Shown here: piece by piece, positions 1 to 10,737 of the stretch
Position numbering within the stretch: the first letter of the stretch is position 1
Layout of the letters: the number at the start of each line of letters is the position of its first letter
Assembly (NCBI GenBank): GCA_964016885.1
Contig: OZ024742.1
Coordinates: 303,304,001 to 303,368,000, forward strand
Source: Eledone cirrhosa
Taxonomy: Eukaryota
Length of the DNA stretch: 64,000 nt
Direction: 5' to 3'
Made by a program: the position numbers and the translations under genes
Notes under the pieces: generated by a model
Told to the model about the DNA's origin: nothing
The model's database searches: none
Seen by the model: only the letters and a program-made list of their open reading frames with translations

Positions 1-160
1 CAAGATATTGCCTCAGATGTTCTGCTCCAGAGTGGGAGTTGTGAGGCAACCCGCATTGGTGGTAGAACTCTATCTAGGATCTTCTTACTGATAGACCAGA
101 TGTCCGAACGAGTGGGGTTGATAAATCTGACTGGTGGTTTGTTGAGGAAGTTTCCCTTCT
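1..160 (-). mobile_element. Penelope-like element RT fragment (5'-truncated, continues left of window)
   Basis: Manual minus-strand translation KGNFLNKPPVRFINPTRSDIWSISKKILDRVLPPMRVASQLPLWSRTSEAIS aligns with KVNFDNDPKIRLICPSKSDIGKISKYILDRIIPQ...LWGKTQEAI of the PLE ORF at 45593-47422. Confidence 0.8.
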
Positions 161-161
161 A

Positions 162-840
162 GAACAAAAGGGCAACGATGGTTGCTAAACACTGTACGGC
201 TAAAATTTGGGATGTTTGTTTACAAACAAACCGATCATTATAATAAATGTTCGGTAAATCCATACGTACATATATATATGTGTGCATGTATGTATATATA
301 TACATACTACTGTACGTCTGTATACATATATGTATGTACGTATACGTACTTATATTTAAGTAACAGCCGTACTAAGAGTGAGAAATGAAATTTCGTTTCA
401 TTTTTTCCATTTATCGTTTTCGGTGCGCCCGGTCGATTAACTCACTCGATATGCAAATTAGGCTGCTCAGCCGTTAATATGCATAAGGAAAGTATATACT
501 TTCAGACGTTCAATCATCTGGCAGGAAGGTATACTGTGCTGACGATAGCTAATAAGCTGGAAACTAGTACATCGTTCCTTTGTCAGTGTTGAACAAAAGG
601 GCACCGATGGTTGCTAAACATTTTACGGCTTTATTCGGGATGATTGTTTACAAACAAACCCAGCATTATAATAAATGTTCGGTAAATCCATACGTACATA
701 TATATATGTGTGCATGTATGTATATGTATACATACTACTGTACGTCTGTATACATATATGAATGTACGTATACATACTTATATTTAAGTAACAGGCGTAC
801 TAAGAGTGAGAAATGAAATTTCGTTTCATTTTTTCCATTT
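162..840 (+). repeat. Tandem pseudo-LTR-like repeat, 429-bp period (about 1.6 units), inverted relative to the adjacent PLE RT
   Basis: 162-411 recurs at 591-840 (gaacaaaaggg...ttttttccattt); HHR motif in the unique middle; ends at (TA)n. Confidence 0.8.
536..572 (+). ncRNA. Minimal type I hammerhead ribozyme motif
   Basis: gtg CTGACGA tagct-aata-agctg GAAA CTAG TA cat: intact core, stem II, palindromic helix III (ACTAGT), short stem I. Confidence 0.6.
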
Positions 841-991
841 ATATATATATATATATATATAGTATATTAGGGAGAGGATCAGGGGTGTATAACACTCCAC
901 TTATCCAACAGGCAGTATAAGGTTAGCTCGATGTCTGAGGACAGAGCCGTGATATAATCAACAACAAAGAACGCCTATAGCATATGCATAT

Positions 992-1049
992 CTTTACTTG
1001 CTAACATTGTTTCATCCGCACTATAAGTGGGACTCATCAGAGCATAAAG
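992..1049 (-). ncRNA. Type I hammerhead ribozyme motif
   Basis: Reverse complement of 3593-3650. Confidence 0.75.
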
Positions 1050-3592
1050 GTTGATTACATATCACACAAGCAATAACAAATCCAAGACATTGAAGAAATA
1101 AAGAATAAAAAATAATAAAAGATAAAAAATATTGAGGAAGTAAAAATAAAAATAAACATTGAAAAATAAACATTGAAAAATAAACATTGAAAAATAATTG
1201 AAAAATAAGGGGTGCTATCAGTCACAGTTGGGCGTGGTGCTGTCAACATATAGTTACATACAAGCATACACATGGATAAGAGAACAGACAAGAATAGATA
1301 AGATAGATAGGATTAGGTAATAATAGATAAAAAATAGGTGAAAAATAGGTAAAAAATAGACATATAATATATATAAGAAAATATAAAAAACATACATATA
1401 AAATATACAGATAATAGTGATACAGGGTAAGGAATGAAATAAAATAAAATAAAATTAAATTATAATTAAAATTATATAAAATAAAATATAATATAATATA
1501 ATAATAAAATAAGATAAAATAAAATAAAATAAAATAAAATAAAATAAGATAAACTAAAATAAAATAATATAATATAAGATATAATTAAATAAAATTAAAT
1601 AAAATTAAATAAATAAAATTAAATAAAATGAAATGAGATAAAATAAAATAAAATAAAGTAAATTGAGATAAGATATATATTTTTTTAGAATATATTTCTT
1701 GAATATATATTTTTTTAGAGTATATTTCTTGAATATATCAGGGGCCCACGAAGGCCCTAAGTGTCACAGTTATCAGCATCACTTGACCATTGCAATGCAA
1801 TGGAGACGTCCCAGGTTGGGCAGTCTCAAAAGTTCACTCGAAAGTCACGGGTGTGCATTCACACAGTTGAGCGGTGGGGTAATCACAAACCGGTTCACAC
1901 CCGGGCAGGAGTCCAATGGTCAACAGAGGTACATCGAAGGAAGGTAGGAGAATTCACGTGCAGCAGCAAGAGGCAGACAAGTGGGCCCAAAGCAAGCAGG
2001 TGCAGGCGGGCTAGCCGAAAGCAAGCAAATACAGTTGGGTCAGGCGGGTTAATATGCATACTCAACAGCGCATACAAAAGATATATAAAAAATAGCTTCA
2101 AGAGCCAATATCATGAAGTCACTGCATTGGGACATCTCAAGATTATACACACCAATATGTTCTGCACGTATATGCACATATACACACCACATGCATATGC
2201 AGAGACGGTATACATATATATATATTTTTATATTTTTATATACAGACATATACAACCACCTACACCCATACACATATAAATGTATACACAGACACACACG
2301 CACACACACACAGCGTAGGACACCCGGGTCAAAGCTGATATTAAACACAGAAATACCACATCAGGCAAGACCCACCACCACGGATAATACATTCAAAATA
2401 AATACATACGAGGAGATGCAGTAAAATAAATCAAATTGAATTCCTACGAAGATAATCGTGTCCGCACGTGCCATTGCCCGATTCAAGTGTACACAGACCG
2501 TTAGTAACTACGGAGGGCTATCGGGGCCAAAACGTTACTTTTGGGATATTGGCTCTTGAAGCTATTTCTTATATATCTTTTGTATGCGCTGTTGAGTATG
2601 CATATTAACCCGCCTGACCCAACTGTATTTGCTTACTTTCGGCTAGCCCGCCTGCACCTGCTTGCTTTCGGCCCACTTGTCTGCCTCTTGCTGCTGCACG
2701 TGAATTCTCCTACCTTCCTTCGATGTTCCTCTGTTGACCATTGGACTCCTGCCCGGGTGTGAACCGGTTTGTGATTACCCCACCGCTCAACTGTGTGAAT
2801 GCACACCCGTGACTTTCGAGTGAACTTTTGAGACTGCCCAACCTGGGACGTCTCCATTGCATTGCAATGGTCAAGTGATGCTGATAACTGTGACACTTAG
2901 GGCCTTCGTGGGCCCCTGATATATTCAAGAAATATACTCTAAAAAAATATATATTCAAGAAATATATTCTAAAAAAATATATATCTTATCTCAATTTACT
3001 TTATTTTATTTTATTTTATCTCATTTCATTTTATTTAATTTTATTTATTTAATTTTATTTAATTATATCTTATATTATACTATTTTATTTTAGTTTATCT
3101 TATTTTATTTTATTTTATTTTATTTTATTTTATCTTATTTTATTATTATATTATATTATATTTTATTTTATATAATTTTAATTTAATTTTATTTTATTTT
3201 ATTTCATTCCTTACCCTGTATCACTATTATCTGTATATTTTATATGTATGTTTTTTATATTTTCTTATATATATTATATGTCTATTTTTTACCTATTTTT
3301 CACCTATTTTTTATCTATTATTACCTAATCCTATCTATCTTATCTATTCTTGTCTGTTCTCTTATCCATGTGTATGCTTGTATGTAACTATATGTTGACA
3401 GCACCCCGCCCAACTGTGACTGATAGCACCCCTTATTTTTCAATTATTTTTCAATGTTTATTTTTCAATGTTTATTTTTCAATGTTTATTTTTATTTTTA
3501 CTTCCTCAATATTTTTTTATCTTTTATTATTTTTTATTCTTTATTTCTTCAATGTCTTGGATTTGTTATTGCTTGTGTGATATGTAATCAAC

Positions 3593-3650
3593 CTTTATGC
3601 TCTGATGAGTCCCACTTATAGTGCGGATGAAACAATGTTAGCAAGTAAAG
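3593..3650 (+). ncRNA. Type I hammerhead ribozyme motif
   Basis: ctttatgct CTGATGA gtcccac-ttata-gtgcggat GAAA C-AAT-G TT agc-aa-gtaaag; predicted GUU cleavage. Confidence 0.75.
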
Positions 3651-3699
3651 ATATGCATATGCTATAGGCGTTCTTTGTTGTTGATTATATATATATATA

Positions 3700-3921
3700 T
3701 ACTTAACGATCGACTTTCGTCAAATCGGACCGAGGGAACAATGTTTCCGTTGGTCTTTCCACTTGCTAATACTATCTATCGGTCGCAACTCCAGGTAGAA
3801 GGAGCAACGTGAAATAAAGTGTCTTGCTCAAGGACATAACGCATCACCTGGTCCAGGAATCGAACTCACAACCTTACGATTGCGAATCCAATTCCCTAAC
3901 CACTCAGCCACACGCCTTCAC
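3700..3921 (-). mobile_element. tRNA-derived SINE (family B)
   Basis: Minus strand gtgaaggcgtgtggctgagtggttagg (A box) ... gagttcgattcc (B box) ... gtccttgagcaagacacttt; related copy at 36540-36677. Confidence 0.75.
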
Positions 3922-3935
3922 TATATATATATATA

Positions 3936-6750
3936 GTTAGGAAAGCAGGACATTGCTTATTGTAATCCCGCTCAATCTTGGAGTATAAACAATAAAGAGA
4001 AAACACAGGTAGTCATTAAAAAAAGGATTTTATCATTATACTCCAAGATTGAACGGGATTTACTAACCAGAGTCTTGCAAACTTGTGGACGAAATGGATT
4101 ACAATAAGCAATTTTCTACAGGCTCCAAATCGGTTGAGCAACCACATAAACATACGGCACTACTATGGAAAAGCATTACATAGGTATGTCCCTAAAGAAC
4201 ATTCCTATACCTTCGCGAAAGGATTATACACTCGGGATGATACAATGAACAAACGACTTTATACGTCGGGTTAGATGGAAAACTTTCCATTTCGACAAAA
4301 GACGTAACGGTCGCACCGTTGAATGCGACAAGGAAACATACGGCTTCAAATCATGTAAGAACCCACCTACCAACCCTCAACTAGATGCCTTTGAACAGGA
4401 CTTACTGAAGATGATTATGGATATCAAATTAAAAAGCAGAGGAATAATAAACTCCAGAATGACATGAAAACATTCATAAAAATGCTGTGAACTACCCACG
4501 GAGTTATTGTCAAAGCGTACAAAACCTCAAATGTGTATACGATGGATATTAATACATATCATACCTTCATACGGAAGGAATTACATAGGAAATACAGAAA
4601 AACTAACGAGAGAGCACAGATAAACATCAACAACGAGGCTCACAATATAGTCAAACATCTAGGAATAGAGGATAGAACCGATCCACTTAGGCCATGTACC
4701 CCCCACATTTAATCTCAATGACCATAAGGTAAACTTTGATTATAACCCCACAATTAGACTTATATGCCCGTCCAAATCAGACATTGGGAAAATTAGTAAA
4801 CATATATTAGACAGAGTGATAGCACAAATGAATAATAAACTAGTGATTAAACTATGGGGTAACACTACCGAAACAATTAAATGGTTTAACAGTATAGCTA
4901 AAATAAAAAGCATCTAAGTTTATACAATTTGATATTAACGACTATTACTCTTCTATATCCCCCAATACCTTGGATAAAGCCTTAGCATTCGCCAACGCCA
5001 AATACCTTTTCACCAGAATAAACAAAACTTAGCATACATCAACTGTAATTCGAACCACCCACTCTCCATAATTAAGTCCGTTCCACGCAGAATATCCCTT
5101 AGGATCTCCCGCCTCTCGTCTAACCGAAAAATCTTCGAGGAACACGTGGAGTACTACAATACCACACTAGATAAGGCAGGCCACCTATATAGAGTAGAAT
5201 ATATAGATGAATGCCTCCGCAAAGCACACACGAATAGGCATAACACAAATCCCAGAAACACAAGCACACGCGCATTTACGCATAGAAGTACCAATTATTC
5301 TGAAAATAGAAATACAACATCAAAATCAAACAGGTCACGCAGTAGAAAATATATTTGGTATAACCCTATATTTAACACCTCTATTGGTACCAACCTACCC
5401 TCTACCTTCTTTAGAATAATAAATAAGCACTTTCCAGATTCACATAGATACAGCAAAATCCTTAACACTACATCTATCAGACTATCTTACTCCACTGCAC
5501 CAAACATATTGGCACACAAAAGATACGTAACAACACCGGAACACACATTTATAACAATAACAATACAATTACCATCGAACACAACAGAATATATAATACA
5601 CAACCACCCACTAGAAGGCAAACAAAACGTAACACACTTGTACAGGCATCGCAGCCCACCAATAATGCCAAAGTTGCCCATGACAAAAATTGTAATTGCC
5701 ACCTACCTGAAACCTGTCCATTGCATAATGAATGTATGTAGTCTAATCTGGTTTACCGATGCACGGTAGATTCAGAAACCGGAAGTAGTATTACATCGGA
5801 GCGACTGGGAATACATTTAAAGCTCGTTGGTATACACATTGTTAGGCAATGAAACATTCCCAGCATCGTTATGTAACTACCCTTACGAACAAAACCTGAC
5901 AACTGAGGGAAAGTAATCATCAATACACCCTGAAGTCGAAGAAATTATCGAACGCGCCTGCATATCGGAGTGGTATGAGAAGCTGTCGGTTATGTGACCT
6001 TGAACTGTTCCACATTTTGTGTTCGAAGAATAAGTTACTCAACAATAAAATCGAAAGATCAATTCATTGCAACCATAGACTTAAAGAAGTTCGCACTAGT
6101 TCGCACTACAACTGCAAATCGAACCCTTAACCTCCTACAACCACCTGACAAACTGCATATACTTACACTTTATACCCTCTTATTGAATCTAACCCCTTTC
6201 ATTACCCACAGTAATCAATACTTATGTACCTCTCTCCTCCTTCATTCCTTTTTTATTTTTTCGTTTTCTTCTTTTGTTCTCTCTTTTTTTGTTCTCTTTT
6301 CTTTTCTTCTTTTTTCTCTTCCCCTTTTTTATCTATATATTTATCTCTCTATCTCTCCTCTCTCTCTACCTCTCTCTCTCTCCCTCCCACTATAAACAAT
6401 TTAATTCTCTTTAACTACCTTAACCCCCAAAACTGATCGAGCAATCCTTCCATTTTAACCCCCCCCCCCGCCCTACATCACCGTTTGACCCTCTACTTCC
6501 TAACTCTTTTCCCCCTTCCTCTCTCTCTATACTAGTAAATACGATTTTTAAAAATGTTTTTTTTATATATTAAGAACATTTTACAAGTCACTTACTCATT
6601 ATTTTGAAAATTTGGAGGTGAATAACAGTTATTATCGAGTGGCTGCTATTTGCAGTATAGCGATATAAGGTTGCGCTTACCAATGAAACGGTCATAAATA
6701 CCTGGATAAAATCCTTTTTTTAATACCTACCTGTGTTTTCTCCTTTATTG
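3936..6750 (+). mobile_element. Decayed near-full-length Penelope-like element (Hydra-type), RT core deleted
   Basis: Fragmented frames MSLKNIPIPSRKDY..., YGFKSCKNPP, IRLICPSKSDIGKISK, KFIQFDINDYYSSISP, KYIWYNPIFN, then a GIY-YIG-like YYIGATG region; homologous to 45593-47422; 3990-4034 is an inverted copy of the 3' end 6705-6750. Confidence 0.85.
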
Positions 6751-6836
6751 TATATATATATATATACTGTATATATATATAATATTAATATATAAGGGAA
6801 CAAATAATCAGTGTTGCAGCATATTCACATTTAATT

Positions 6837-6928
6837 ACATATTACATATGTTTCACTGTCGATCAACTCGAGGAACAATCTATTAATGTTCGAACCTGAC
6901 TCTGGAATCGGAAGCTCCTCAGTTATGT
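6837..6928 (-). ncRNA. Hammerhead motif with enlarged stem II
   Basis: Minus: acataa CTGAGGA gct...(about 55 nt)...agt GAAA CATATG TA atatgt; palindromic helix III; one mismatch at the base of stem I. Confidence 0.55.
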
Positions 6929-7159
6929 GTTAACATGTACACTCACCTCAATCAATGATTGCCAGCTGAATTCATTATAGATATATAAAATACACTGAAG
7001 CGAAAACGAACCCAAACCAAATAGTGAGTGTTTTTAACTATATATTTCTGCCAATATTCAAAGAACATGACCCTCCTCAAATATAATAATATATATGTAT
7101 ATATATATACAAAATACACACACACACGCACACACACATATATATATATACATATGTAT

Positions 7160-7917
7160 TTAAAAGGTAAACAGAAATAACAACTCAATCGTTACAGTAT
7201 ATTGAACGGATATATTAAGTTAACGCTTGATATAGCAGAAAGATGGTCTTAACGTTTCGGACGCTAGTCCTTCATCAGAAGAAAGAATGAGAAATAAGAT
7301 AGATTGAGGGGGCGGGCGGGATGGAATTGGAAAAAATGTCTTTAGATATAAATAACAGGTCCATTCATGTTGACATCTCTTGCAAAACTGTTAGTGCTGG
7401 CGTTTTGTGTATGATTTATTTTTTTTTAGAAAAGTCGATGATGGAGCGTGTCTACCTGAAATGAAAAAAAACCGTTTTGTAAAATGTGTATGTGCATGTA
7501 AGTACGAAGCTATGAGCAAAAGTATGTTAATATAAGTGTGTGTATGAGCAGGGAAGGGAAAAGTGGAGTGAGCATATATAGTCGGCATATATTAGTTGTC
7601 AGAGAAGGTGCTAATAATCAAGAGAAAGCGATAGGAATCTAGGGGTGTGATAATGGACGGGGTATCAGAGAAATTGGGGAGGTGAGTTGAGTCCAAGATG
7701 GGAATAGGACCCACAGCGGTGAATCAGACCTTGTTCAGTCCTGGTCCGCGAGGCCTGTGATCCATGATGTAAAAGGACACCCAAGACTGAAATGACGGGC
7801 GACAGAAGTATCCAAACCGAGTCGTATGTCCCTCAAATGTTCGGCAAAACGGTCCGCCATACGGCGTCCCATTTGTTAGATATATAAAGACACGCAAAGG
7901 GAACACCAGAGGGCATC
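7160..7917 (-). mobile_element. Neptune-type PLE 3' fragment (GIY-YIG C-terminus plus 3' UTR)
   Basis: Minus translation CSLCVSLYI*QMGRRMADRFAEHLRDIRLGLDTSVARHF...EQGLIHRCGSYSHLGLN matches the PLE CCHH GIY-YIG consensus; HHR downstream. Confidence 0.75.
7247..7282 (-). ncRNA. Minimal PLE-type hammerhead ribozyme
   Basis: Minus: tctt CTGATGA a ggac-tagc-gtcc GAAA CG TT aaga; perfect stems I and II, palindromic AACGTT helix III. Confidence 0.85.
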
Positions 7918-8109
7918 AATCTATCTACTGTCTTCCTTTCTACCTAATTTCCACTCTATCACTCTGTCTGTCTCCATCTCACTTCACTCCCTAGTCTCTC
8001 TGTCTGAATGTCAATCTAGAGTTATATATTGATGTATTTTATCAATTTATCTTTTCGAACTGGAACAACAATAAAAGCAAGAACGCCGAAATCCCAATAG
8101 TAGTCCGGT

Positions 8110-10606
8110 TATAGATAAATTTCTTTATTAGCCACAAGGGCACCAAAGAAGGGGACAAATACAGATGGGGAGTTTACATACAGGTATATGAAAATAAAAC
8201 TATTAATAAAATAACAAATAACAATTGAAATGCCCAATAGGGGGGAGGTGTTACACAGGGGTTGTACACACCCCGAAAAAATGTACAACACTCATCTCCA
8301 GGAGCACCAAGAGTGAGTACTCCCCTCCTCCCTTACTCTTTTTCCTCAACCTACAGGCTTATATAGAGAGAAGGCACAACCACTCGGGCCATCTTTGCCA
8401 CATTAACCCACCTTTTATAAAATGTGCTGGGGTACAACAACTCTCTCTCCATTCTGATTCTTCTTCCAAAATGATATTTGAAAAAACGAATCAGTTGATC
8501 GCCGGAGAGAAAGGTGTCTGACCTCAGCCCTTTTAACCTTGTCCACCATATAACCTCTTTCACCATAGCCATAACACATAGGTAAACCGCCTCTCCTTCG
8601 TTTTTGAAGGAGGGTGGCGGTTTGATTGTGACAATGGATTCGGTGGTCAACTGGATTGGTCCCACCCGCGACAATATTAGTTCTACATAGCCCCACAGGT
8701 CGGTAACGCCCGGGCAATGTACAAATGCGTGCACGACGGTTTCCTCGTCGCGCACGCATCTCGGACAGATCATTTTCGAAGGGTCCCTGCCCGGGCGCCC
8801 GTGTCTGTAGAGCTTGTCTCGAACTGGTAGAGCTCTTCGGTAGCACTGCCAGGCCAGGGACATTTGAAGTTGTCCATCGGTCCCGGGCGGAAGGTCCTAC
8901 CGAACAGACTGGCCAGTTCGTCTTCCTGTACGCCTAGAGTTTCTCCGAGCAAGTCGTCGCACTTGCTGCGGACCAACCCTCTATAGAATGACGAAGTGGA
9001 GTCTCTACTGATGGCCGGGTCCGCATGCAAGAGGGCTGTGAGCGCCTGAGCGCATTCGATGTGCCAGTCGCCATTTACCTCGGTCTTTGCTTGACCCAGG
9101 ACTGCAGCTCGGTCAGCGAGACGAGTCGTGAGAATGCTCGCCTCACGAACGGGGCCCACACCGGTTGTCTGGTGAGGAATACATGGAGGGGCCGCAGCCT
9201 GAGCGCGTGTTTGCGCATCGTCAGCCACGGCATCCCCAGCCCTCCGTTTGAAGGGTGTTGGCAGCAGATGGATCTTCTCACCAAAGGATCCCGTTTCTTC
9301 CAAAGGAATTGTAAAAGCGCGCGCTCAATTTTGGTGAGCGTTTTGGCTGGACAAGGCACGACGGTCAAGCGGTAGTAGATGACGGACGCTATAAAAGTGT
9401 TCGCCACCTCCGCTCGACCTTTCAAGTATAGTTTGCACTCAGTCCACTTCTGGGTGAGCGCAAACACCTTGGCCGTCACCTCGTTCCAGCTCTTCTCCAC
9501 CTGGAGGTCCGGACCAAACCAGACCCCGAGCAGCTTTACTGGTCCTTCCGCCCAGCGTCAGACGACGCTATCGTAAGGCATCGGTTTGCCCCCCCCCCCA
9601 CGTTCCGATTTGCAAACCGACGGATTTGTCCCGGTTCAGCTTCGCTACTGTGAACCTTTCGTATTCCTTGAGTAATGTGCCGACCTCCTCGATTTGCGAG
9701 GTGCTTGACACCATTACTGTCACGTCGTCAGCGTATGCCGACGTCGCTTTTCCCAGTCCTGGTTCCAAAGGGATGTCCTGCAATAGCTCTAACCGCCACA
9801 GTAGTGGATCCAGAGTCAGTACGTACAGAAGGGAGGAGAGAGGGCATCCCTGTCGGATGGATCGCGTGATATGGAACGGCTCCGAGAGGTAGCCGTTTAC
9901 CTTGACCCTTGAGTCCGGCATTGTTACGTAAAATTCTTTGGGTAGACCGTCGAGACCTGTAGATTTGCGTTTGCCGCATTGGCTCAGCGCGTCCCCTATC
10001 TCAGCGGCCGAAATCGGCCTTTCACAGAACTTCGCCTCGCTGTCCGAGAGTCGCGGTAGGTCGTCGTGGTATGGACCGAATTCCATAACCCCTTCCGGCG
10101 CGCCGCTCTGCCCGAACAGTTGAGCAAAGTGCCGCTGAAAGGCCGCGCATACCTGCTTCGGCTCACCTATCACGCGTCCGTCTTGGTCCTTCAAAGACCG
10201 AATCGTGGACTTGTTGCCACTTTTCGCCTCCGTCACTCGGGCCCAGCTAACGGCTTTGGCACCCTCGTTTCCCAGAGCACGTATTTTGCTTCTGACAACG
10301 CAGCCTTCATGCTTTGCGTCGAAGAACTGGTCCAAGTTCGTTCTCGTCGCTAGCACGCTGGCTACGTTGCCACTCCTAAGTGTCTCTTCTACTCTATCTA
10401 CCAGTTCCTTTTCGATCTTATTTCTATCTAACACTAATTCTTTACTAAAACCTATCGAGTCTAAGCTAACTGCCCTCTTGAGAGAGTACCACCATCTGTT
10501 GTTGACAATTGCCCCCGTCAAGTGCTCCTTAACTAAGGTGCTAATCCATCTACTGTAGGCTTTGCATGTCGGTAACGACAAGTTCAGCTTCCAGTAGCCG
10601 GGTCCC
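8110..10606 (-). mobile_element. L1/Tx1-clade LINE, 5'-truncated, frameshifted ORF2
   Basis: GPGYWKLN (APE end), SIRQGCPLSSLLY, AYADDV (RT), GGLGMP, CPRC..ETVVHAFVHC (zf-RVT); aataaa at 3' end; internal RT deletion near 9911. Confidence 0.92.
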
Positions 10607-10679
10607 TAGATATCTAAATAGACAGGAAGACAAGCAGATAGATAGCTACAAAGACAGATAGATAGACAGACAGACAGAC

Positions 10680-10736
<57 letters not shown>

Positions 10737-10737
<1 letters not shown>

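Larger units (their letters stand above)
867..3690. mobile_element. Non-coding PLE-type element (3' end at 867, minus strand) with about 1.15-kb inverted duplication
   Basis: Arms ~952-2112 and 2545-3690 are near-identical reverse complements around a 432-bp spacer; (TA)n on both flanks; 867-950 is homologous to 58650-58733. Confidence 0.8.

Noticed and set aside
1761-2279. 172-aa ORF and its mirror at 2633-2896
   Set aside because: No recognisable motif; the duplication is explained by the inverted repeat; it lies antisense to the HHR strand
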